Below the pieces are notes generated by a model that was not told the origin of the DNA, ran no database searches, and saw nothing but the letters and a program-made list of their open reading frames with translations. Made by a program: the position numbers and the translations under genes. DNA of 43,971 nt from Gammaproteobacteria bacterium. GTDB taxonomy: Bacteria; Pseudomonadota; Gammaproteobacteria; Pseudomonadales; UBA6940. Of the stretch, positions 1 through 9,500 are shown in pieces; the first letter of the stretch is position 1; each line of letters opens with the position of its first letter. Where the stretch lies: the NCBI GenBank assembly GCA_038135915.1, contig JAYPYM010000003.1, forward strand, positions 4,107 to 48,077. The letters are read 5' to 3'.

Positions 1-1379
1 GTAAATGCATGAGTAGAGTAATTTCGATCTGAGCCAATGGTGCAACCCGAAATTAAATTATTGTTCCAAATGCTTTGGACAGCAGATACTGCGCTAGTAT
101 AATGATTCGTCTGGTTAGCGATGCCTGGATTAGTATCGTAATGTGGGATACAAGCATAGTGCGACAATAATTCTTCCACTGTATGCGCGTGTCGAGCTGG
201 CGCATTTGTCAAATAAAAATCTGTCCTATCAGATAAATCAAGGTAGAAAGTGCTCCCATTACGTAAAGCTAATTCACTTTCTAACTTTGCCGCTAAAGTC
301 GCACCAATCACTTTTGATACTGAGGCTGCATTATATACTGTACCTGAGTGGGCAACTTTGTTGTTCCAGGTATCTGCAAAACCAAATCCACGACGATATC
401 GCGTGACACCATTTTCTATAATCGCAACAGATATGCCTGGAAGATTATTATCATCACGATAATTATCCACAACACTGTCTAATTGTGACTTTCGATTGTA
501 ACGATATCTCGAATTATTCTCTAACCATATGCCTCCGTATTGATTGCCATGACGCTCAAAATCTACAAGACGATAGCCTTTATCACGATATTCACGCCAG
601 AGATTCGCAAATTGTCGTTCAGAACGATTAGTACGAATCTGATAAGCATAACCTGGCTTTTTCTCCCAAATCGCCGCATAACGTGTCCCAGATGGCGTGC
701 TATAACGTTCGTAGTCCACGACCATATATCCTTGAGCTCCGCGGCTACTGACTTCTTGCTGATATTTAGTGCGGGTCATGTTTCGAAGTTGTGCCCAAGG
801 GCGATAAGGCGTATTTTTATACCAAATAGCTGAGTAACGTAGTCCACTGCTTGTTTGGTAAGCTTCCATATCGACCAATCGATACCCACTACTACTTTTT
901 TCCGCAAAAATTTCTCCATATCTCTGACTTGTTAGGTTTCGATATGAAGACCAGCCTATATTCTCTTTATTTTTCACCCAAATTCCAGCAAATCTTAGCT
1001 GACCACCATATTGGTAGGCAGCAATGTCTAAGGGTCGATACCCACGACTTCGATAATACTGCCACTTACTACTATAACCTGAAGAAGTAAGATTCCTATG
1101 TTCTGCCCATGCCCGGCCGTCAGTATTCTTACGCCAAATCATAGAGTATCGCGTACTATTTCCAACTGAATAGCCGTCTACATCTATCATTAGGTAACCT
1201 TTGTTTTTATACTTATTAAATTCAGTAGTGAATTGACTACTGGTTAGGTCTCTTTTTGAAACCCAACCCAGTTCCTTTTGGTCTTTTAAAATCGTTGCAA
1301 ATGTTGAAGTACTGAATAACACTGCCCCTAACCCGATTATCTGCCCCAATATCCAAAAGATAGATGAACGCTTATTCAT
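1..1379 (-). CDS. Secreted tandem-repeat (BTRD1/polyglycine-hydrolase-like) + beta-lactamase-fold serine hydrolase, 3'-truncated by window edge
   Basis: Not in ORF track (no stop inside window). Manual translation from ATG 1379 (GAGG upstream): MNKRSSIFWILGQIIGLGAVLFSTSTFA signal peptide, five ~50-aa repeats (W...R(N/D)LTS..Y/F......GY...D...Y......Y/F..IW.KN), then LPGISVAIIENG...RRGFGFAD...YNAASVSKV (SxxK)...EELLSH. Frame open to position 1. Confidence 0.85.
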   Translation of the reverse strand, partial: MNKRSSIFWILGQIIGLGAVLFSTSTFATILKDQKELGWVSKRDLTSSQFTTEFNKYKNKGYLMIDVDGYSVGNSTRYSMIWRKNTDGRAWAEHRNLTSSGYSSKWQYYRSRGYRPLDIAAYQYGGQLRFAGIWVKNKENIGWSSYRNLTSQRYGEIFAEKSSSGYRLVDMEAYQTSSGLRYSAIWYKNTPYRPWAQLRNMTRTKYQQEVSSRGAQGYMVVDYERYSTPSGTRYAAIWEKKPGYAYQIRTNRSERQFANLWREYRDKGYRLVDFERHGNQYGGIWLENNSRYRYNRKSQLDSVVDNYRDDNNLPGISVAIIENGVTRYRRGFGFADTWNNKVAHSGTVYNAASVSKVIGATLAAKLESELALRNGSTFYLDLSDRTDFYLTNAPARHAHTVEELLSHYACIPHYDTNPGIANQTNHYTSAVSAVQSIWNNNLISGCTIGSDRNYSTHAF

Positions 1380-1543
1380 ACAAACCTCAGTAGGTAAAGT
1401 AAATATTGTCAGTTGAAATTTAAACCACAGCGATTGTGCGGCCATAGTATTGCTTATGTACCAGGAACAAATATATTAAAGAGGACACAAATATTTTGGT
1501 AATTTTACGATTTTACGAACAATGATTTGAGCGAGAGAGGCAT

Positions 1544-3250
1544 TTAGGGAGCATATGTATTTCTTCGGAAAGGCCGAAATGATTTAGAAATAAATCTTCT
1601 GATACCTTTGCGATTTTTTTTCGTCGTCTTAGGTTCAGATGTGGACTCTGCAGATCCGTTTGCTCTATCTAAATCAGCTTGTATGATATCAAATGGCGAA
1701 GATCCAAGTGAAGGGTCGTTTGAATATTCAAATTGATAGGTAGAATATCGTTCAAGCAGCTCGGCATGTTTGTTTGGAGATACTGAAGGTTTAATCTCAT
1801 CAAATAGTGCTGCAGATAACTGATCATCTCTAATATACTGAGGATGATCCTTATCAAATAACCTCTCCGAAAGCAAGGCGGCGGCGTGGCTTGTAAGAAC
1901 TAATTTCGCAAGCCTAGACATTTTTAGTCTTGCCATAAAGCAGAGATTTTTTTGATCAATTTTTTCTTTAGGGCTTAGCTCACAAGTCATTATCCAACGT
2001 CGATCCGTGCCAGTATCGGTAATGAAATGTCGTGCTTTTGGCCCAGCATGTACAGAATTTCTAACACCTAGCGCTTGATTTAAACGTTGACCCGTATGAA
2101 TAGTCGGACTACCGTTGAGTCCTGCTTGCCTTAGTTCGTCATCATTCAGGTTTTGAGCGGTCATAATATGATCGCGATCGATAAAAGGTAATCCTAATCC
2201 TTCAATTTCATCAGTAGGTTGGCCTGGATTTGGCGGTTTTACGTTGTTGAACCTATTGTCATAGAGAGTTCCTAGCTCACCCGGTTTATTTCTTCCAAGC
2301 TTCATCACTAAATTTAAACCATCGAAATCGATATGCCAGCCTCGATTATGAGGCTCGAGATTGTCAGGGCTCAAAAAACGAATCTGATTAAACTCAAACA
2401 CTTCATCGAGTTTAGACCGGTTGTTAGGGTCATCCAGTAAATATGTCTTAACATTTTCTGGGAAAAGATCGAGTAATGCAGTGTACAATAACTGACGAGC
2501 CTTAGCAGTTAAGCACTGTTCCTCACTTGAAGATGAATCTGAGGATATTCCATAACCATCAAAGAATGCACCGTTCTGGTTTCTAGGATCAACTGCTCTC
2601 ATTCTAGCATTTAATTTGTTTTCCTGAATAGCCTTCTCCAAAACGCTTGATGCTGCAGCTTCAAAATCAGGTACATATACTTCAAGGTTATCACTCCAAC
2701 CTTTATCATCAAAATTTCTTGTGACTTCGAATGCTTCGGTTTCATTCATAGGTAATATTTCGAGTTCTTTGGTAGGCGATGCTTGTTCTTGCCCGGTCGG
2801 TGGCGTGAGCAATGCCGTCCAATCGTCTGAATACGGAGAATCAGAGTTAACATGAGTCATAGGCTTCGAGCTGAGGTTTATTTTTGGGGCTAGATCGATA
2901 GAGATGCTCTGCAACTCATGTTCAGCTGGCTGCCCGCTTAGTAACTTTTCTAAATCTATATGTCCGTCATCATCAAAATCTTCGATGTTAACTTGTTGAA
3001 CTAAAGTGTCAGTACCAGAACCCCAGTCTCTTGTAATAGTTACTTGCAAGGGTTCTCTAAAGTCAAATCGCCTAGCTAAGAAATCATGCTTTTGAATTCC
3101 TTCCTTGACTTTTAAAGAAACTTTTCCAATATTAGTCGTAAAAAACCCGTCTGCATCGGCCTTGACGCGCTGACCATCGTACTGGAGATCAAAAAGATCG
3201 CTAGATACATTCCTTACCTGTATAAATTCTGGCATTGAAGGGTTACTCAT
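1544..3250 (-). CDS. Hypothetical protein with C-terminal 2OG-Fe(II) oxygenase-like (DUF1826-like) motif set
   Basis: 568-aa ORF; GWHIDF (HxD)...GTLY...SVHAGP (distal His)...RRWIMT; acidic low-complexity N-half, basic C-tail. ORF is solid, function tentative. Confidence 0.55.
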   Translation of the reverse strand: MSNPSMPEFIQVRNVSSDLFDLQYDGQRVKADADGFFTTNIGKVSLKVKEGIQKHDFLARRFDFREPLQVTITRDWGSGTDTLVQQVNIEDFDDDGHIDLEKLLSGQPAEHELQSISIDLAPKINLSSKPMTHVNSDSPYSDDWTALLTPPTGQEQASPTKELEILPMNETEAFEVTRNFDDKGWSDNLEVYVPDFEAAASSVLEKAIQENKLNARMRAVDPRNQNGAFFDGYGISSDSSSSEEQCLTAKARQLLYTALLDLFPENVKTYLLDDPNNRSKLDEVFEFNQIRFLSPDNLEPHNRGWHIDFDGLNLVMKLGRNKPGELGTLYDNRFNNVKPPNPGQPTDEIEGLGLPFIDRDHIMTAQNLNDDELRQAGLNGSPTIHTGQRLNQALGVRNSVHAGPKARHFITDTGTDRRWIMTCELSPKEKIDQKNLCFMARLKMSRLAKLVLTSHAAALLSERLFDKDHPQYIRDDQLSAALFDEIKPSVSPNKHAELLERYSTYQFEYSNDPSLGSSPFDIIQADLDRANGSAESTSEPKTTKKNRKGIRRFISKSFRPFRRNTYAP

Positions 3251-3447
3251 TAGACTAAATTTTTTGCTCAGCTTAATGGCTTTTTTTACTGATATCTACT
3301 GACAATGAGTATCGTTTATATATTGGGCAACATCTATATTGTAAGCATGTGTTACTAAAGCTCCCTCTAACGACTATTAGTATATAAAGTAGCTAGAGCA
3401 GCTTTTTAAATGAAGGAGGGATTAAAAGAAAATCGTTCGATTCTACA

Positions 3448-5046
3448 CTATCCTGCTGCAAATACCTGGCTTGCCAGGTATTCATCATAGGTACCCTGAT
3501 AATCAATCAACTGTTTATCCTTAATCTCAAGAATACGGTTTGCAAGGGATGATACGAACTCTCGATCGTGGCTTACAAAAATCAAGGTCCCTTCGTAGTT
3601 TTCCAAAGCGAGGTTTAGGGCTTCTATGGATTCCATATCTAAGTGGTTGGTAGGTTCGTCCATAATCAAGATGTTGGGATCCATCATCATTAACTTACCA
3701 AACAAGAGACGGTTTTTTTCTCCTCCAGAACAAACCTTCGCTTGCTTCTTAAAGTCATCTGCTTTGAAAAGCAAGCGACCTAACATGGCTCTAACGGTCA
3801 AATCATCATGAGTAGGTTTTCGCCACTGACTCATCCACTCAAAAATAGTTTGATCGCCAGAAAATTCATCTGAACTATCTTGCGGGCAATACCCTAAAGC
3901 GGCATTTTCAGACCAGGTTATTTTACCTTTATTAACCTCTAGTTCATTCATCAAACATCTTAGCAAGGTGGTTTTACCTGACCCATTTTCTCCAATAACT
4001 GCTAACCGAGCACCAGCTTCAAGAATAATACTCCCGTTGCTGAATAACACCTCATTATCAAATCCATGTTCGATCTTTTCAAATACCAAAGCTTGCCTAT
4101 GAAGTTTTTTTTCTTGTTGGAAACGAATATAAGGGCTGACCCGGCTAGAGGCTTTAATGTCTTCAAGTTTTATTTTACTCATTTGCCGCGCTCTTGAAGT
4201 AGCCTGCTTGGCTTTAGATGCATTAGCAGAGAACCGGCTCACAAACTGTTTTAACTCTTCAATCTGAGCAGTTTTTTTAGCATTAGCTTGTTCTAGCCGC
4301 TCTCTCGCTTGAGTGGATGCCAACATAAAGTCATCATAGTTCCCTGGATATACTCTTAGTTCACCATAGTCAATATCTGCCATATGTGTGCATACTGAAT
4401 TTAAAAAATGGCGATCATGCGAAATAATGATCATGGTACTTTTTCGGCTATTCAGAACTGTTTCAAGCCATTGAATGGTATAAATATCCAAGTTATTGGT
4501 GGGCTCATCTAGCAAAAGAATATCTGGGTCTGAAAACAGAACTTGTGCCAATAGCACCCGCAACTTCCAACCCGGTGCCACTTCACTCATGAGCCCGTAA
4601 TGTAACTCGCTTTCAATTCCTGCCTGCAAGAGTATTTCTTCCGCTCGGCTTTCCGCACTGTAACCATCTAACTCGGCAAACTCAACTTCTAGCTCAGCCA
4701 CTTTTATCCCTTCTTCTTCAGACATTTCTGGCAAAGCATAGAGCCGATCTCGCTCTTGTTTAATCGCCCACAATTTGGTATCACCCATAATCACAGTATC
4801 AACAACAGTATATGCTTCAAAAGCAAATTGATCTTGATTAAGCGTACCTACTGTATCGCCAGGTGAAAAAGAAACATTACCGGAAGTAGGCGTTAACTCG
4901 CCGTTCAAGATTTTCATAAAGGTTGATTTGCCGCAACCATTAGCGCCGATCAAGCCATATCGATTTCCCTCGCCGAACTTCATAGAAATATTTTCAAATA
5001 AGGGCTTAGGTCCAAATTGCATGGTAATATTTGAGGCAATAATCAA
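3448..5046 (-). CDS. ybiT: ABC-F family ATPase (YbiT-like)
   Basis: Two ABC domains ([18 protein letters not shown]; [21 protein letters not shown]), linker [30 protein letters not shown] signature, no TM segments; TTG start. Confidence 0.9.
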   Translation of the reverse strand: MIIASNITMQFGPKPLFENISMKFGEGNRYGLIGANGCGKSTFMKILNGELTPTSGNVSFSPGDTVGTLNQDQFAFEAYTVVDTVIMGDTKLWAIKQERDRLYALPEMSEEEGIKVAELEVEFAELDGYSAESRAEEILLQAGIESELHYGLMSEVAPGWKLRVLLAQVLFSDPDILLLDEPTNNLDIYTIQWLETVLNSRKSTMIIISHDRHFLNSVCTHMADIDYGELRVYPGNYDDFMLASTQARERLEQANAKKTAQIEELKQFVSRFSANASKAKQATSRARQMSKIKLEDIKASSRVSPYIRFQQEKKLHRQALVFEKIEHGFDNEVLFSNGSIILEAGARLAVIGENGSGKTTLLRCLMNELEVNKGKITWSENAALGYCPQDSSDEFSGDQTIFEWMSQWRKPTHDDLTVRAMLGRLLFKADDFKKQAKVCSGGEKNRLLFGKLMMMDPNILIMDEPTNHLDMESIEALNLALENYEGTLIFVSHDREFVSSLANRILEIKDKQLIDYQGTYDEYLASQVFAAG

Positions 5047-5259
5047 TGTGAGTCTTTCCTATAAAATGCATTGAGTGAAATTAGATGAGACACCGATATT
5101 GCGACAGGGGCACTTGGGTGGGAACATCTGAGGTGAGCCTGAAGGTCAGACTACTTACATTAGCAATGCCAGAGATAATAGTGAAAATAAGAAAAACTTT
5201 CAATGATCATGAGATGTTAATCTGGAATTAAATTCACTTTATACGCCTGTCAAGGGACC

Positions 5260-5562
5260 TTATTCAATAGTGAATTTTCTATCGAGTTTGAAAGAATTGA
5301 GTATTTTTTTAATCTGAGGCTTTGGATTTAAAATGCAGAACTTTTTAGAGCTCATAGATTTTCTCATTGCTATCAACGTACCTAATGCTGCACTATCAAG
5401 ATGATCTGTGTCATTTAAGTCAACTACAAACTCTTGGCAACATTGGCTTGCCTCTTCGTCGAATAAGTTTTTAAACTCTTTCACTTGTTGAAAATCAAAT
5501 CTACTGCCTAGGATAATAGTTAATTGACGCCCATCGGCCGAAACACTAGATTTCATTCTCAT
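5260..5562 (-). CDS. STAS-domain anti-sigma factor antagonist
   Basis: 100 aa; VVDLNDTDHLDSAALGTL contains the conserved DS phospho-serine motif. Start may be the second Met (5556). Confidence 0.85.
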   Translation of the reverse strand: MRMKSSVSADGRQLTIILGSRFDFQQVKEFKNLFDEEASQCCQEFVVDLNDTDHLDSAALGTLIAMRKSMSSKKFCILNPKPQIKKILNSFKLDRKFTIE

Positions 5563-5619
5563 ATATGATCCTCATCACACACTATAAGTAAGAGAATTTT
5601 AGTACAACTTACGAAAATA

Positions 5620-6495
5620 TCAAAATGACTTATCTGGGTGACTGTTATAATGGCTAGAGTAGTTATATTTTGCACAACAAGCGTTAAATTCCTCCTCATC
5701 ATGTGAGCAAATTAATCTTACTTCATGGCTATGCATCTTGGCTAAATGCGCTAACCGCTTTTGATTGTTAATCCGATCGGCACGCGCAACATCATCTAAG
5801 AATTGGATCGCTTTAATACCCAAAGGACGGGACCAGTTCATTTGACGAATTTCATTTCGATGAAAATAAGCGTCGCCACAATGAAGCAACCAACCTTCAT
5901 GGGTAGACACTGCTACACCAGCATGTCCCCGACTATGGCCCACAAGCGGTATCAGCAATATTTCAAACAAAGCGTCTGACAATACCTGAACTGAATCAAA
6001 ACCAAACCAAGTTTCACCTTGCACACGATGTAACGACCAATTAGGTGAGTGACGCCAATCACGTGGACTGTATCGCCATTTTTCAGCTATTGTGGATGGA
6101 TCCATAGCCGCCGCCCATTCTTCCGCTAACAAATGTACTTGCGCACCAGGAAAATCTTTAATACCACCCACATGATCTCTATCTAAATGGGTAACAATAA
6201 TATGCTTCACCTCTTCAGGCTGATATCCTAGCCCCCTAATTTGGTTAATAGCACACTCCTCCGGATCACAGCGCGCATTGAATGTTTTCAGCATCAACTT
6301 ATCGATCATCAAACCCTTGGTAACATCCTGCAAACTAAATCCGGTATCGACCAAAATCAGTCCCTCATTGGTTTCAATTAAAAGGCAATGACAAATCAGT
6401 TTACCAGCTGCAAAATAGCTACCTCGGCCTTCCATCAGACGCCGTGTGCCGGGGCAAAGAGTTGCACAGTTTAAATGATGAACTTTGTGTGCCAT
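5620..6495 (-). CDS. MBL-fold metallo-hydrolase
   Basis: LVDTG, THLDRDHVGG (variant HxHxDH), GHSRGH, GDA, CSHD motifs. Confidence 0.85.
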   Translation of the reverse strand: MAHKVHHLNCATLCPGTRRLMEGRGSYFAAGKLICHCLLIETNEGLILVDTGFSLQDVTKGLMIDKLMLKTFNARCDPEECAINQIRGLGYQPEEVKHIIVTHLDRDHVGGIKDFPGAQVHLLAEEWAAAMDPSTIAEKWRYSPRDWRHSPNWSLHRVQGETWFGFDSVQVLSDALFEILLIPLVGHSRGHAGVAVSTHEGWLLHCGDAYFHRNEIRQMNWSRPLGIKAIQFLDDVARADRINNQKRLAHLAKMHSHEVRLICSHDEEEFNACCAKYNYSSHYNSHPDKSF

Positions 6496-6555
6496 CTATA
6501 CCTCTTGTTATCCAAATAACATTGGTTTCATTAAATCAAATGCTATTCTATTTAG

Positions 6556-9500
6556 TTAATCTGTTGTAATAGGGCTGGTCAGTACCGAACGAATGATTGT
6601 AGCCCTATTATTCACAAAGGTAAGGGCGCTACGGCGCGCACCTGTCCAGCTAGCAAGATCTCCTGTTTCTCGATAAGCATCCAACATAGCACTAATTCTT
6701 GCGCTACCGAATCCGATCGGGGAAGCCACACTTGCATTATAACGTTCCACTGCATTAGCAATAGCAGCTGCCGTTCGACTGCCACTAGAAAGGTTATCTA
6801 ACGCTTGTCTAACACCATTATTCAGATTCAATGGAGCCGTTTCTTCAACCTGCTCACCACCAACATCCTGTTGCGAATAGGTAGAAATAATATTGTCATT
6901 AAATGCCTCTCGTTCACTGCCATCCAAGTTCTTGATATGAGCTTCGCACTGGAAAGTCGCATTGATAAAGTTTTCTGGATGTTTTGCATTTGGATGTCTG
7001 ATTGATTCTGTGATATTCCGAACACGTACACGATAGCTCACCCAGTACTGGCGATCAATCCAACTTTTGACACGACTTTCAACTCGAGAATGATGCGCAC
7101 TATTAGCTGCACCAGTGATAGGATACATGTTAGTACTATCTCCAGGGCCACCAATATTGTGGTTTAGCAAATGCCCCTTAATATATTTCGACGCACTGCG
7201 GCGACTGGGATTAGTGACCAACTTACTCATAACGCCTCGCAACGCAGATGCTCTTGGCTCGCTGCCTGCATTTATTTTATCTCGCCCTAATGGGTCGGCT
7301 TCCATACTGATACCCACCGTATCCCCTGCTGCTGTACCAGTGTTATGCGTGATGCTAGAAGCCATATTAATGCCCGTAGTAGTGCCTCGATGAGCGACAT
7401 TAACGTCGACCCTTTGTTCCCGACTTGCACGCAATTTTACCGCATATCTGTCACCATTTTGCTGATAACTGACTTCACTCAATGCAAACCGAGTACGAAT
7501 TCGATCAAAATTGGTAGCCAAGGCCTCACTACCATCTGCTGTTTCTACCGCTAATAATAAAATTTGTCTGGCACCATTTAAATCAATCTGCTCTTCTTCT
7601 GGGCTTCTCGGCATCGTCACAGGCGGGTCATTTAGGGTATTCAAAGTTAAAGGACTCGGCAAACGACCATTAGTATCACCCACACCACCCAGCAATGGTG
7701 TTAAGTGCGTTGATAGCTCATTAATCTTCTGATTAAGTTGTGTTTGCAAACTGCTGGTATCGGCACCCCTTCTTTGCCGTGCAATATCTGTTTTAATACG
7801 ATTAATCTCATTCAATTTAGCTTGCGCTCGCGTTTTATGGTTTTGCTTCTGAGCTCGCTGCGGATCCTCATTTGCAATCACTAGCGCACTCAAAAATCTA
7901 CCGACAGGCGTTGGATCACTCTCAACAGTCAATTCACCACGCTCGCTTGGGAAATAAAGCTGGTGGGATTGCCCAGTTGAATCTCGAAAAGAATGACGAT
8001 TTTCCCACCAATTCCTCACCGCCGCCACACCACTGCGAACCATATCCAAAAAGCCGCTCCCCAATCGTACGGCATTACCAATCAGCCAACTTAAAGCACC
8101 GTTTACTCGCTCTCTTAAACTTTCAACCAGTTCTCTAACACGACTACCTAAACGCCCTAAACCAAACTGATTGGCCAGAAAGCCAATCACGATGGGCAAA
8201 GATTCTGCCATGGTGGATTCGAGATAGTCAGCTGCACGCTGTATCATCCCTTGCGCAATTTCACCTAAACCGGCCACCACTGAATTGACCACTTCAAGCA
8301 TTTGCACCAAATATTGTGCGAAAGATTCAATAGCACGGTAGACAGCAATCAAGGCATTAATGACAGGCGTGATACCCGTTGCATCTAATAATGACAGTAA
8401 CCACCTAGACGCCGTGGTAACAATCGCCGAGTTAACCCAACTGGCAACACTGTCTAATACTAAATTCCACAAATCAGACAGCCTCTCCTGAATCATACGC
8501 CAAATACCTGGTAACCCTTCAGTGACTGCAACTCGGACAAACTCCCATGCACCGGTGGCAAACTCTAATGCCGATCGAATTCGATCCACCAGTGGTCTAC
8601 CCACATGCTCAGCTAAAATTCTCCAGATGTTTTCAAGCGTGAGTCCCAGTAGATCAAATACAAACTCAACAATAGAGCGAAAGCTGGTAATGTCAGGCGG
8701 GGTTAATCCAGCTTCTTCGATTTGACCAAATAACCAACCCGTGACACCACCCAACAAATGACTCAAAATGTTACTAAAAAACTGTGTTGCCCCTTGCCAC
8801 ATGGAGCGAAGCAAATTATTCAGAAAACCAATAGGATTCATGATAATATCGGATATCGCCTGTGCCGCATTGGCAATGATACGCACCACTAATTGAGCCG
8901 GGATACCAATTAAGCCCAACATTTCCCGGAAGAAACGCCACGCGGCACCCATAAGGTCGCCATCGACAAAAATCTGTCTGAGTATACTCAGAGCGGTGGC
9001 TTGTACTCGTTGCCAAATATCCCCCGCTTCCATCAACTGCTGAAACAAAGGTATTCGCGCTAATATCTGCTCAATAAAGAAATTCTTAATCGGATTTTTG
9101 ATACAGTCCGGCAACAACCACCAAATCGGCCCCAACAAAAAGTCAGGTAAGCGCCCTAATAGATTACCCACCACCTCCAGGATACGACGCAATGCATTTA
9201 ATACGGGCTCAATAAATTGAGACAGCCAAACCAAGGCGTTACCGATATTGGTAAATAAGCCCTGTACAGTCTGTTGAGCCCAATGATTAAGATGATTCAA
9301 CCCATCATTCAACCATCCGAAAGCAGCACCTATGCCTCGCACAATAGGCGACCGAGCAATCGCACTAATAAAACCCTGACCAACTTCAACCACCTGACCA
9401 ATTTTTTCCCCAACCCAAACCCCTGTAGAAATCAAGCTGCCACGAAAACTTTGAATACTCTCTAAAATAGCCGGTAAAATGGCACGCAAACTATCTTGAT

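Noticed and set aside
650-670. Suspected frameshift at a T5 run in the first gene
   Set aside because: Recount gives TGG GAG AAA AAG CCA (WEKKP); the frame is intact.
143-1090. Four short plus-strand ORFs
   Set aside because: Antisense shadows of the real minus-strand gene 1-1379.
3448-5046. Antibiotic-resistance ABC-F or ABC transporter
   Set aside because: Sequence signatures fit housekeeping YbiT-type; no permease nearby.
5620-6495. True metallo-beta-lactamase
   Set aside because: No signal peptide and variant HLDRDH motif; generic MBL-fold hydrolase.
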